DNA of 64,000 bases from Sphyrna mokarran (GCA_024679065.1 JAGIQG010000013.1:35216001-35280000); one strand, 5' to 3'. Counted from the first letter of the stretch, positions 23,991 to 36,648 are shown. Notes: a model not told the origin generated them from the letters alone. Translations and numbers: made by a program.

Positions 23991-26393
23991 ATGGGGTCTG
24001 TTTTCGTACAGAGTGTGCAGGAAGGTTTTTTGACTCAGTATGTAGATAGGCCAACTAGAGGTGAGGCTACATTGGATTTGGTGCTGGGCAATGAGCCAGA
24101 CCAGGTGTTAGGCTTGGAAGTTAGTGAACATTTTGGTGATAGTGACCACAATTCGGTTACGTTCACCTTAGTGATGGACAGGGATAGGCATGAAGCTGGG
24201 GGCTGTAGTTATAGCTGGGGGAAGGGTAATTATGAGGCCATCAGGAGAGAATTAGGGTGCGTAGATTGGACTAGGGAACTACAGGGACTGGGAACATCTG
24301 GAATGTGGTGCTTATTCAAGGAGCAGCTGCTGAGAGTCCTTGATAAGTATGTCCCTGTCAGGCAGGGAGGACATGGACGAGTAAGAGAGCCTTGGTGTAC
24401 GAAAAGAGTTGATTTGCTGGTTAAGAAGAAAAAGGAGGCTTATGTCAGGATGAGGCTTGAAGGCTCAGGTAGTGCAATGGATAGCTATAGATTAGCTAGG
24501 AAGGAGGTAAAAAGTGAATTGAGGAGAGCTAAGAGGGGACACGAGAAGATGTTGGCTGATAGGATTAAGGAGAATCCTAAAGCTTTCTTTCGATATGTTA
24601 AGAATAGAAGATTGGTTAGGGCAAGATTAGGGCCAGTCATAGACAGCAGTGGGAAGTTGTGCGTGGAGCCTGAAGAGATTGGTGAGGCACTGAATAAATA
24701 TTTCTCTTCGGTATTCACGCAGAGTGCTGGAAATGTAGCTGTGGAGAGCACTGAGGTACAGGGTTGCAAATTGGGAAGTATTGTAGTAGATAGGGAGGAT
24801 GTGTTAGAAATTCTCGAGGGTTTGAAGTTGGATAAGTCCCCTGGGCCGGACGGGATTTACCCTAGGATTCTCTGGGAGGCAAGAGAGGAGATTGCAGAGC
24901 CTCTGGCTCTGATCTTCAGGTCCTCGTTGGTTACGGGTGTGGTTCCGGAGGACTGGAGGATGGCGAATGTGGTCCCATTGTTTAAGAAGGGGAAGAGAGA
25001 CCTTCCTGGGAATTATAGGCCAGTGAGTCTTACTTCTGTGGTGGGCAAGGTATTGGAGAGAATTATTAGGGATAGGATTTATAGTTATTTAGAGAGAAAT
25101 GAATTGATTGGGGATAGTCAGCATGGTTTCGTGAAGGGTAGGTCATGCCTTACTAACCTCATTGAGTTTTTTGAGAAAGTGACCAGAGAGGTGGATGGGG
25201 GTAAGGCGGTTGATGTAGTATATATGGACTTTAGTAAGGCTTTTGATAAGGTGGCCCATGGAAGACTTCTACAGAAAATGCAGATGTGTGGAATAGAGGG
25301 TGATTTAGCTAATTGGATTAGAAATTGGCTGGCAGATAGAAGACAGAGGGTGGTGGTTGATGGGAGATATTCATCGTGGAGTTCGGTGACGAGTGGTGTG
25401 CCTCAGGGGTCTGTTTTGGGGCCCCTGCTGTTTGTAATTTTTATAAATGATCTGGATGAGGGTATTGAGGGATGGATCAGTAAATTTGCAGATGATACTA
25501 AAGTTGGTGGTGTGGTAGATAGTGAAGAGGGGTGTTTTAGTTTACAGAGTGACTTGGACAAGTTGCAGAGCTGGGCCGAGAGGTGGCAAATGGAGTTTAA
25601 TGTGGAAAAGTGTGAGGTAATGCACTTTGGCAGGAACAATAAATGTGTAGAGTATAGGGCTAATGGTAGGGCTCTTAATAGTGTTGAGGAACAGAAGGAT
25701 CTTGGTGTATGTGTCAATAGATCCCTGAAAGTAGGCAGTCAAGTGGATAAAGTTGTTAAGAAGGCTTATGGAGTCTTAGCTTTTATTGGTAGGGGGATTG
25801 AATTTAGGAGCCGCAGCATCATGTTGCAGCTGTACAAAACTCTAGTGCGGCCGCACTTGGAGTATTGTGTGCAGTTCTGGTCGCCACATTATAAGAAAGA
25901 TGTGGAGGCATTGGAGAGGGTACAGAGGAGGTTTACCAGGATGTTGCCTGGTATGGAGGGCAGGTCCTATGAAGAGAGGTTGAAGGATTTGAGGTTGTTT
26001 TCGTTAGAAAGGAGGCGGCTAAGGGGGGATCTTATTGAAGCATATAAGATAATTAGAGGTTTGGATAGGGTGGACAGTGATAGCCTTTTTCCTAGGATGG
26101 AGAAAGCTAGCACGAGGGGACACAACTTTAAATTAAGGGGTATGAGTTATAGGACGGATATCAGAGGTAGGTTCTTTACTCAAAGAGTGATTAGGGAGTG
26201 GAATGCCCTGCCTGCAGCTGTTGTAGATGCGCCAAGTTTGGTGGCGTTTAAGAGGTTAGTTGATAAGTATATGGATGAGAAGGGAATGGTTTAGTTAGGA
26301 GGGGCATTGCTTTTTATTTTGGTCGGCACAACATCGAAGGCCAAAGGGCCTGTTCTGTGCTGTATTGTTCTATGTTTCTATGTTTCTATGTTT
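23991..26393 (+). mobile_element. Young 5'-truncated CR1 LINE with uninterrupted 767-codon ORF2 segment
   Basis: End of APE endonuclease (TLDLVLGN...SDHN) and complete RT ([42 protein letters not shown]); ORF 23991-26294; (ttctatgt)n tail. Confidence 0.98.
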
Positions 26394-26584
26394 AATCTTG
26401 TCTGGTAAAAAAAGTCTAAATTAGAAAGTTAAATTAAAAAAATTTAAACTGGTAAGATATTTTCTGCTCCTTGTTCATTTTAAAAAAACCACCTTGCTTT
26501 ATAGCGATATGGGGATGGTGGCAGTGATTAGAATCAGGATGTCAATGTAATGTTTAGGATGGGGGATTGATAGGTAGAGATAAA

Positions 26585-26800
26585 GTTTTAAAGTTTATTT
26601 ATTAGTGTCACAAGTAAACTTACATTAACACTGCAATGAATTTACTGTGAAAATCCCCTAGTCGCCAAACTCTGGCACCTGTTTGGCTACACTGAGGAAG
26701 AATTTAGCATGGCAAGTGCACCTAAATCGGACTGCGGCAGGAAACTGGAGACCCAGAGGAAACCCACACCAACATGGGGAGAACATGCAGACTTCACACA
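26585..26800 (-). mobile_element. V-SINE, alternative-tail subfamily
   Basis: Reverse complement of cattgcagtgttaatgtaagtttacttgtgacactaataaa plus V-domain. Confidence 0.8.
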
Positions 26801-26862
26801 AGGAGTAACGCAACTGGGAATTGAAAGGATGGACAACTCAAGATAGCAATTGGACAGGGAAT

Positions 26863-27407
26863 GGGACATGGTGAGGGCTTGAGGCAGTGATGGGGATGGT
26901 GAGGGCTTGAGGCAGTGATGGACATGGTGAGGGCTTGAGGCAGTGATGGACATGGTGAGGGCTTGAGGCAGTGATGGACATGGTGAGGGCTTGAGGCAGT
27001 GATGGACATGGTGAGGGCTTGAGGCAGTGATGGACATGGTGAGGGCTTGAGGCAGTGATGGACTGGTGAGGGCTTGAGGCAGTGATGGACATGGTGAGGG
27101 CTTGAGCAGTGATGGACATGGTAGGGCTTGAGCGTGAGACAGGAGGGCTTGAGGCAGTGATGGACATGGTGGGGCTTGAGGCAGTGATGGACATGGTGAG
27201 GGCTTGAGGCAGTGATGGACATGGTGAGGGCTTGAGCTGATGGACTGGAGGGCTTGAGGCAGTGATGGACATGGTGAGGGCTTGAGGCAGTGATGGACAT
27301 GGTGAGGGCTTGAGGCAGTGATGGACATGGTGAGGGCTTGAGGCAGTGATGGACATGGTGAGGGCTTGAGGCAGTGATGGACATGGTGAGGGCTTGAGGC
27401 AGTGATG
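26863..27407. repeat. 28-bp minisatellite (GGACATGGTGAGGGCTTGAGGCAGTGAT)n, ~20 units
   Basis: Period 28 read directly; a degenerate continuation (gagacagtgatggg) runs to ~27640. Confidence 0.97.
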
Positions 27408-28729
27408 GGGGATAGGGGGTTTGAGACAGTGATGGGAGAGGGGATGGTGGGGATTGAGGGGATGGTGGATATTGAGGTAGTGAAGGGGGATAGGAAGTTT
27501 GAGACAGCCATATGATGGGAGTTTGAGACAGTGAAGAGGATGGGGGTGAGTTAAGGAATGGTGGGGATTTGAGACAGTGATGGGAATGGTGGGGATTTGA
27601 GACAGTGATGGGAAGGGGGATATGGATTTGAGATAGTGGCTGAAATAGGGCTGGTTCTTATTGGAGATTGGTTGTGGCCAATGCTTTGTTACAGATCTGG
27701 GAGAAGCACTCTTGTACCTTCTAGTTCCAAGCTGTCACCATTTTTTTTTTAGAAGTGCACTTTTTGGCTGCGATTGTAAATTGGTTCCTTTAAAGACCTA
27801 CTGATTGCCAGAATGGAGACCTGGTTTTCCTAAATACAGTTAGCCCAGCAGCAGCTGTGTTCAAGGCAACTAATCTGTTAAAAGTTTACCAAATAGGCAT
27901 CTTGCTGCTCAGTTACATGCACTAAGGGTAAACATCAGCTTCTGGTAATAGAAACCAGATAAATTTTTTTATATATCAGTAACAATTGCCTGCTTTAGAG
28001 GATGCTTTGGTGTCAACTTTACATCTCTAACTGCTGCCATTTTATCAGATTTCTGAACCCATCAATGTATTGGAAACTGATGTCTCTCATCTCCTTTCTT
28101 CTCTGCAGTATATTTCTAATATGCTGAGCTTGTGCATTACTTTGGAGGAGAATGTCTTCAGATCAAAATAAGACCCATTTAGCATCATGAATAAACATGC
28201 GTTATTTAAAAGATGATTTGCAAATATTTGAGGCATGCCTCAGAATATCTAACGAAAATGATTGAAGATCTGAAAGTTGAAAGACAAATCCACCATTCCA
28301 AGTGATTCTGGAGAGTGACTGAGGGAAGAACACTCATTGCTACTACAGCACAGTGATTCTAATTAGTGCTGTGAAAGAACAGCCAGAACATTAATGGCCA
28401 TCGGCTCCATTCAATCCCACTTGCAAGAAATGAGTTTTGGCACAAAGATGACTCAAGGACCTCGAGGGACAGCTATGTTTGACGCTGAAGTAGATGATGG
28501 AAATAGGAATGAACGGAAAGAGAGAGATGAAATCTAAGCTATAGAGTGTAGGGAAAGACAGAGAGTCTAACCAACCCATAAAAATTAAGGTTTGATCTTC
28601 TTTTTAAAGAATCTTTTTTACAGCAGTAAAGGAAAGATAACTGGATGGTATTTACTGATGCAGTGCAAATGAACCAATGTCATCTGTGCGAAGTAGTAAT
28701 CTTCTGAAACAAATTGTTTTTTTATGAAG

Positions 28730-28950
28730 GTAACAGAGGATGGTTAGTGTCTGGAATAAGCTGCCAGAGGTAATAGTAGAGGCGGGTATAATTTTGCCTT
28801 TTAAAAAGCATTTAGACAGTTACAAGGGTAGGATGGGTATAGAGGTATATGGGCCAAACGCAGCAAGTGAGACTAGCTTAGTGTTTAAAAAAAAGGCAGC
28901 ATGAACAAGGAAGGCCGAAGTGCCAGTTTTCATGCCGTAAATCTCTAAAA
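28730..28950 (+). mobile_element. CR1 3' end fragment
   Basis: cagaggatggttagtgtctggaataagctgccagag...; 3' UTR similar to 59070-59215. Confidence 0.75.
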
Positions 28951-28996
28951 GTTTACGTTGGAAAAAAATGTAGGCATGTTCAATCAACAAAGAAAC

Positions 28997-29973
28997 GGGG
29001 AAATTCTTCTTTCTGATTCGTGAGATTCATGCATGCGTTCCTGAGACATGCGCGTCTCCCACTGCCCGAAATCGGCATGGTCGGGACCACGCTGGAAACT
29101 GGCAGGAAGATCAGGTTAGTTATTTTAATTCATTTCTAATGTTATTTAAATGTCATTATTGGGCCTGGGACTGAATTCTCCAGGCCCAATAGCATCTCCC
29201 ACACCGCCAGGAGTATTTCACTCCAGCGAGGTTCAGACTTGCTCCCCACTTTTGAGGAACAAGATGAAACCCCAGTGGAGTAAAGGGAGGTAGGCAATCA
29301 GGGCTCCCAGGGGGTCAGGAGGTGGGGTGTTGGTGCCCTCTGGGCACAGGCACCCTGGAAGTGCTAGCCTATGCCCTGGCACTGCTCAACTGGCAAAGTG
29401 CCAATGCCCAGGGCCACCTTGGCACTGCTCAGCGGGCATCAGGCAATGCAAAGGGGCAGGGCCGAGGGGGCAATCGGTGGGGTAGAGGGGACCTGCTGCC
29501 AATCTGCATTAGGATCTGGTCAGAGCTGGAGGGAAGCCAGTGATCGAGGTGAGCTAAGGGTGGGGGGGGGTGGCGGGACTGGAAATAGGGGTGCTCCGTG
29601 TTGGGGGCAATCGGGGTAGCCCCGGAATGCTTATGGAGACCAAATAAGGCTGTGGCAGAGGAAGGAGGGTGAATGTGGGGGGCGGGGAGGGCTGCACTGC
29701 AGGGATCTGGGCTGGTCAGCAATCAAATTGGCCAGCAAACCAGAGGCTGACAGATTGCGGTCACTGCGCATGCGCAGAGTTCCTGAACTGTTGGACTCCG
29801 GTGTGAATAGGCCACGCCCCTCCCAAACTTCTAATGATATTTCCGATTGTGACCTCTGCATTGCACAGACTGTGGGAGATTTGAGTCTGAAGTTGCTCTG
29901 AAAAATAATTGTGATTTACACCACTTTTCCTGCAAATTTAGCACTTAGAATTTTTTTGGGGAGAATCGCCCCC
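28997..29973. mobile_element. ~1-kb MITE (Harbinger-type TIR family)
   Basis: Ends ...gggagaatcgccccc; interior collinear with 35657-36648. Confidence 0.8.
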
Positions 29974-30109
29974 ACAAAGTGTATGGCTTTCTAATAGCTC
30001 AGCACATTTACCTACAAAATAACTGAGTCACAGAAGGCTGAGACATGACACACAGTTGTGCTGTGTAAGCTGACTTCAGTAGTGTGGAGGTAAGAGCTCT
30101 GTGTGTCAG

Positions 30110-30480
30110 TCTTGCAGTGCTCTTGCTTCTGAGTAAGAGAGTTGTGGGTTCAGGTCCAAGGCTTGCACTCTCTTGTGACATTGTGGGGGTGCTGCACTGT
30201 TAAAGGTTCCTCCCTTTTAATAAGATGTTAAAACAAGGTCTTGTCTATGCTCTCAGCTGAATATAAAAATTAAGCGGGGAACTTATCAATGATGGCCTGC
30301 ATAATATTTATTCTTCAATCAATAACACTGAGATAAATAATCAGTGTTGTTTGGGAGAGCTTGCTGTGCAGAAATTGGCCGCTGCTTTTCTTATATTACA
30401 ACAGCTGGATTTCAAAAGTACTGGCTGTAAAGGAGAAGGTTGTGAAAGGTGCCATATAAATGCAAGACTTTCTTCTTTTA
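30110..30480 (+). mobile_element. Deu-domain SINE, decayed
   Basis: gttgtgggttcagg head, gcttgctgtgcagaaattggccgctgc...attacaacag, tail tataaatgcaagactttcttctttt. Confidence 0.75.
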
Positions 30481-30772
30481 TATGTAGTCTTTGTGTCCGT
30501 GTGCTACAGAAGGGAAAATAACAGAAGTTTTTTTGCCTATTGTTATCTAAATTATGCTGCGAGTATGTATGTATAGAGGAAGATAAGGTTATGAAAGTAA
30601 ACATGCAGGAAACATGAAACTGGCTATAAAAGTTTTTTTGGATGTGTAAGGAGAAAAAAATTGACAAAAATGAAAGTAAACCCTTTACAGTCAGAAAAGG
30701 AGAAATTCATAACAGGGATCAAAAAAATGGCTGATGAGCTAAATTCATACTTTCCTTCTGTCTTCACAAAGG

Positions 30773-31052
30773 GATGATGTGGAGATGCTGGTGTTAGACT
30801 GGGGTAAGCACAATAAGAAGTCTCACAACACCAGGTTAAAGTCCACTCACATTGTCTGTACCTTTAAAACTTGATTACCTGTAAAGACTCGCATTCTAAC
30901 CATTATTTTGTAAATTGAGTTTGTGTCTTTATATGCCCTGTTTGTGAACAGAACTCTCACTTACCTAATAAAGGGGCAGCACTCCAAATGTTTGTGGCTT
31001 GTGCTATCAAATAAATCTGCTGCACTTTCATCTGGTGTTGTGAGACTTCTTA
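30773..31052. mobile_element. Penelope-derived mini-element with 11-bp TSD
   Basis: TSD cttcacaaagg at 30762-30772 and 31053-31063; inverted 5' arm (30773-30845) plus terminal repeat with a decayed hammerhead (~30959-30997). Confidence 0.9.
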
Positions 31053-32004
31053 CTTCACAAAGGAAGACATGAATAATGTAACAGAAGTTTTAAGAAACAT
31101 AAGTTTTAGCGAGGAACTGAAGGAAATCAATATTAGTAGAGAAATTATTTTGGAGTAATTAATGGGATTGAAAGCAGATGAATCTCTAGGGCCTGATCAT
31201 TTTCATCCCAGAGGACTTAAGAAAATGGCCCATTTTCCAAAATTCTTTGGATTGTGAATGGTTCCTACAGATTTAGGTAGCTCAGCCGTGATTCAAAAAG
31301 GGAGGTAGAGAGAAATATAGACCAGTTAACCTAATGTCAGTACTGGGGAAGTTGCTAGAATCCATTTTCCAGAATTTCATAGCTCAGCATTTGGAAAGCA
31401 GTGGCATAATCAGACAAAGTCAGCATGGATTTACAAAAGGGAAATCATGCTTGACACATCTACCAGAATTCTTTGAGGATGTAACTAGTATTGTTGGCCA
31501 GGGAGAACCGGTTTATTTAAACTTTGAGAAGGCTTTTAACAAGGTCTTACATAACAAATTACCATGTAAATTAGAGCACCTGGGATTGCAGGTAGTGTCT
31601 TGAAATGGATAGAAAGCCAGTTAACAGATAGGAAGCAAAGAGTTCATACAAATGGGTATTTTTCCAATTGGCAGGCAATGATTAATGGAGTATTGCAGGA
31701 ACATATGCCAGGGCCCCAAATGTTCACATTACATATACTGAAGATTTGGATGAGGAAACTAAATGTATTATCTCATAATTTGCAGATGATACAAAGTTGG
31801 GTAGGAACTAAGTTGCGAGAAGGATGCAGAGATGCTTCAGCATTTGGACAGGCTGAGTAAGTGGACATATGAATGGCAGATGCAGTATAATGTGGATAAA
31901 TCTGAGGTTACCCACTTCAGAGCAGAGAATAGGAAGGCAGATTATTACTTGATTGAGTTTAAATTGAGAGAGGTGAATACTCAGCAAGACCTTGTATCCT
32001 TGTA

Positions 32005-33119
32005 GAACATAGAACATAGAACAATACAGCACAAACAGGCCCTTCGGCCCACGAGTTGCGTCGATCACATCTACCAATCCACAGGCCTATCTATAACCCC
32101 CTATCCTATTCTTTTGCGTATACTCATCCAGAAGTCTCTTAAAAGACCCCAGTGAGTTTGCCTCAACAACCTCCGATGGCAGTCAGTTCCATTCACTCAC
32201 CACCCTCTGAGTGAAAAACCTACCCTGACATCTCCTTTGTATTTGCTTCCCTGCACCTTAAATCTGTGTCCTCTCGTAGTGACCATTTTAGCTCGGGGAA
32301 ATAGTCTCTGAGAGTCCACCCTATCTATTCCTCTCAACATTTTATAAACCTCTATCAGGTCGCCTCTCAACCTACGTCTCTCCAGTGAGAAGAGTCCCAG
32401 CTCCCTCAACCTATCTTCATAAGGCCTGCCTCCCAATTCAGGCAGCATCCTTGTAAATCTCCTCTGAACCCTCTCAATAGCCTCTACATCCTTCCTATAA
32501 TGAGGTGACCAGAACTGAGCACAATACTCCAACTGGGGTCTGACAAGAGTCTTATAGAGCTGCATCATTACCTCCTGACTCCTAAACTCTATTCCTCGAT
32601 TAATGAAGGCCAGTACACCGTACGCCTTCTTGACCACTTCCTCCACCTGTGAGGCCAATTTAAGAGTCCTATGGACCTGGACCCCAAGATCCTTCTGCTG
32701 TACAACACAGCTAAGACTCCTACCCCTTATATTGTACTCCTTCATCCCATTATTCCTGCCAAAATGGACCACTACACATTTATCTGCGTTAAAGTCCATC
32801 TGCCACTTCTCCACCCAGTCTTGCATCCTGCCTATGTCCTGCTGCAACTTTTGGCATCCCTCCAGACCATCCACAACACCACCGATCTTTGTATCGTCGG
32901 CGAACTTGCTAACTCCACTTGCTCATCCAGGTCATGTATGAAAATGACAAACAGCAGAGGTCCCAGAACAGATCTCTGGGGCACTCCACCGACCTCCATG
33001 CAGAACAAGACCCATCCACAACCACTCTCTGCCTTCTGCTGGCAAGCCAGTTCTGGATCCACGAGGCCAAAGCCCCTTGGATCCCATGCCCTCTCACCTT
33101 CTCCAAAAAGTGAGAGGGC
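32005..33119 (-). mobile_element. Younger CR1 LINE (5'-truncated) nested in the old CR1
   Basis: ORF 32197-32874 (LVRPQLEYCAQFWSP...); (agaacat)n tail at 32005; tgta duplicated at the junctions; same subfamily as 62292-62715. Confidence 0.95.
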
Positions 33120-33499
33120 ATGTACACCAGTCACTGAAAGTAACTGCACATGCACAACAGGCAGTAAAGAACACAAATGCTGGCCTTCTTAGTCAGAGGA
33201 TTTGTGTCTAAGAATAGGGATGTTTCACTGCAATTGTATAGGGAATTGGTGAGGCTGCACCTGGAATATTGTGTGCAGTTTTGGTGTCATTATCTGAAGA
33301 AGGATGTTTGTGCTACTGAGAGAATGCAGTGAAGGTTGACCAGGCTGATTCCTAGGGTGGCAGGATTGTCATATGAGGAGACACTAAATTGGTTAGGGTT
33401 ATATTAATAGGAGTTTAGAAGAGTGAGAGGGGATCTCATAGCAACTTATAAAGGATTAAATAAGGTAGATTCAGAAAGAATCTTCCCAACATTTGGGGG

Positions 33500-33790
33500 T
33501 GACATAGCGGGACTGTGGTTAGCACTGCTACTTCACAGTACCAGGGACCCATGTTTGATTCCTGACTTGGGTCTATGTCTGTGTGGTATCTGCACATTCT
33601 CCTTGTGTCTGCATGGGTTTTCTCCGGGTGCTCTAGTTCTCTCCCACAGTCCAAAGGACGTTATGTGCTAAATTCTTCCTCAGTGTTCCTAAACTGGTGC
33701 CAGATTGTGATAACTGTGGGATTTTCACAGTAACTTCATTGTTATCGTGTTAATGTAAGCCTACTTGTGACACTAATAATAAACTTTAAA
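33500..33790 (+). mobile_element. V-SINE, alternative-tail subfamily
   Basis: Head, V-domain and gtgttaatgtaagcctacttgtgacactaataa tail. Confidence 0.85.
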
Positions 33791-34683
33791 ACAATGGTGG
33801 GGCGTCCAGAACTAGAGGTCACAGGACTGAGATGAGAAGAAATTTCTTCACTCAAAGAGTGGTGAATTTGTGAAATTCGCTATAACAGAAAGTAGTTGAG
33901 GCTAAAACATCTGAGTTCATTTCGGAATTAGATATAGCTCTTGGGACTAAAGAAATCAAGGGATATTGGGGAGGGGAGGTGGTGATGGAGATCAGGCTAT
34001 TAAACCATGATCATGATGACGGCAGAGCAGGCTCAAATGGAAAAATGGCCTACTGCTGCTTCTATTTTCTATGTTTTTATGTATTCATTCCCATGTTGGG
34101 TAATCATGGGACTAGCCTTGGAATTCCATACAACTACCTGCAAAGGCTCACTGTCAAGATTCACACATGTTTAATGGTCAAGATACCATAGTGCAATCCA
34201 GCACCAGTCGAACTACTTCTGCAAGGAATGGACGCCTTCAAGATAGAGGAGGAGAAGGATCTGTCATTAGTAAATTATACATATTTAAAATGCAAATTGC
34301 CAACCAATGTGTCAGTTCAATAAATGTAGGTGAAAAGCAGCAAATTCAGACTGCTGAATTTCTTAAATTGAAAGATTAAAGCACTATGTTCCTCAGTAAT
34401 CACAAGGAGATTGCTGCTTAAAATTTAATAAGAATTCTTGCAACTCATAATAGTCTATCCAAATACTGTAAAGCAAAATATTCTGGGCTGTAAGCTAATA
34501 AGGCATTAAGTAAATTGCTTGGGAACTTAAGTAGCTTGTTTAACCACAAAGAATTGAAAAGGACGACTAAAGGATGAGATTCCAGATCGACAGACATATT
34601 GATGTATTGAACAAAGACATTTGTTCGGCTAACCAGGCTGACAGCTATATTTACTTGTATTGACCGGATGGGCCTTCACTTAC

Positions 34684-35085
34684 CGGGGGGTTTAACCTTT
34701 ACCTCCAGAATATTTGAAGATTTATTGGCTTTCTTCACCCATTGGTGCATTTGGTTTTGGTGCCACAATTCAGCGATGCATTGGTATTTCCCTGCCTCCA
34801 AGTCACTGGCTTTGGAGATGACCAGACGGACAATATTGGACATTGTCTTTATTATCATTGTTTTATTTGCGAAATCTATCGCTTTGTCCCCCCAAGATAT
34901 GGATGTGTCATGTGCAAAGGTGACAATGTCATAGTTGTTCCTCGATCCAGCTGGCTGGAATTTCCACTTTACAGCGACTGATACGCGGGAAGGATAGATG
35001 GGTCTGATGAAACACTGGAGCTCAAATGCATTGTCGTAGATCACGGATGGTGTTCGTGTTATTGCTGTAACACTGAAGCCTGTTT
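34684..35085 (-). CDS. IGSF3: IGSF3 coding exon (Ig domain 5)
   Basis: (E)TGFSVTAITRTPSVIYDNAFELQCFIRPIYP...WKFQPAG...ASDLEAGKYQCIAELW...SNILEVKVKPP; ttcacAG acceptor, GTAAGT donor; 402 nt. Confidence 0.95.
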
Positions 35086-35656
35086 CTGTGAAGTAACCCA
35101 AAAAAAAACTGTGTGTCAATTTAGATGATCTAAACAAAACTTCCCAAAAATTGTTACAACACAGAAGGTTTCCAGGATCTTTTCCTGCTCAACCTTCTCC
35201 TACCCACTCATACTGGGGTATTGTTTCAGAGATGTTGCCCATCCTGTAATATCTTAGCTGTATGACCAATCTTTGTATGTAAACTCAGCCATTAGATCTT
35301 ATTTGACCATGGGAATATCTTAGTTTAACCAAGTTAGATTTTGGATTATCAAATAATATACAATCTGTTGATTTGGTTACAATACCTGCATCTCCAGGAA
35401 TTCCACACCATCTTGGAAGTGCTCTGAAAGATTATATTTACATCTGTCCCACCAACAAACATCATTGCACCCCAACTCCCCCCCTTAACCTCATGGATGA
35501 TCGAGTCCAAGCACAAATCTACTCTAATCCCATTTCCAATACTTGGTCCTTAGCCTTTAGTTAGTCACGTAATAGCTATCAAGCATGGACTAGACCATAT
35601 TTGTACCAGGAAAACCTAAGGAGTGACATTGAATACCTCAACTTAGCAAACAATAT

Positions 35657-36648
35657 GGGGATGATTCTCCCATTGTGACCCACAAATTTTCTGGTGGGTC
35701 CAAGTCGGGAGAATTGCGCATGCTGGCCATTTTATGGGAATGGTGTATGCGCCCTTCATTTCGCGAGTTCACACATGTGCGTCTCCCAGAGCCAAAGAAC
35801 AACCGCAGTAGATACCACACCGGAAACCAGCAGGATGAGAGGTAAATGATTTAAACATATTAATGTACTTTAAATCTATTTTAACTGTGATTATCGGGTC
35901 TGGTATGGAACTTGCCGAGCCCAATAGCATCCCCCATACTGCCAGGATTATTTCACTATGGCGGGGTTTAGGATAGTTTGGGATCCTAGCAAGAGACCTC
36001 ACTGGAGTAAAGGGAGGCATGATTGGGGCCTCCCAGGTCTCAGGTGTAGGGGATGGGGAGGTGTCCCCTGGCCATGGGTATCCAAGGCAATGCCAGCCTG
36101 TGCCCCCATGCCCAGGGGGCAACTTGCCAATGCCCACCAGACAGGGCAGTGCCAAGGTTTGGGGACAGGATCGGGCCTAGGGGGCCATCAGTGGGGGTGG
36201 AGGATCCCGCTGCCACTCTGATTGGAATCAGTGGGTGTTGGAGGGAGGCCAGTGATCGGGGCGACTAGGGGATGAGGTTGGTCTGCCGGGGTGGGGGTGG
36301 TCAGTGTGGCAGTCCGGGATGGAGGAGGTGAGTTGTGGTTGTCCCAGGAATGTTGGGGGTTGCCATAATCGAGCCATCGGGAGGATCTGGAGGGGAGACA
36401 GTGTGAATCTGGCCAGCAAACAGGGAGACTGACAGATTGAGGTCAGTGCGCACGCACAGAGTTCTGAAACTGTCAGACTCCGGCACGAATAGGTCCCACC
36501 CTTCCCCCAGATTTTTAGTGAGATTCACGATTGTGCTCTCTGTATTGCATAGAATGTGGGAGATTCAGTTCTGAAGTTGAACTGAAAAGACGATCAGGAT
36601 TAAGACGTGTTTCCTCGCCAATTCAGTGCTTTTGGGAGAATCATCCAC
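35657..36648. mobile_element. ~1-kb MITE with 16-bp TIRs (Harbinger-type)
   Basis: ggggatgattctccca (35657-35672) / tgggagaatcatccac (36633-36648), 15/16 complementary; flanks tat/tgt may be a decayed 3-bp TSD. Confidence 0.88.

Larger units (their letters stand above)
30560..34085 (+). mobile_element. Old CR1 LINE interrupted by three younger insertions
   Basis: Decayed RT (QSQHGFTKGKSCLT, VRLHLEYCVQFW, FFTQRVV); split by 30773-31052, 32005-33119 and 33500-33790. Confidence 0.9.

Noticed and set aside
26687-27511. Long His/Pro/Ser-rich ORFs (274, 196 and 172 aa) and a CRISPR-like appearance
   Set aside because: They are translations of a 28-bp tandem repeat with no spacers, in a vertebrate context.
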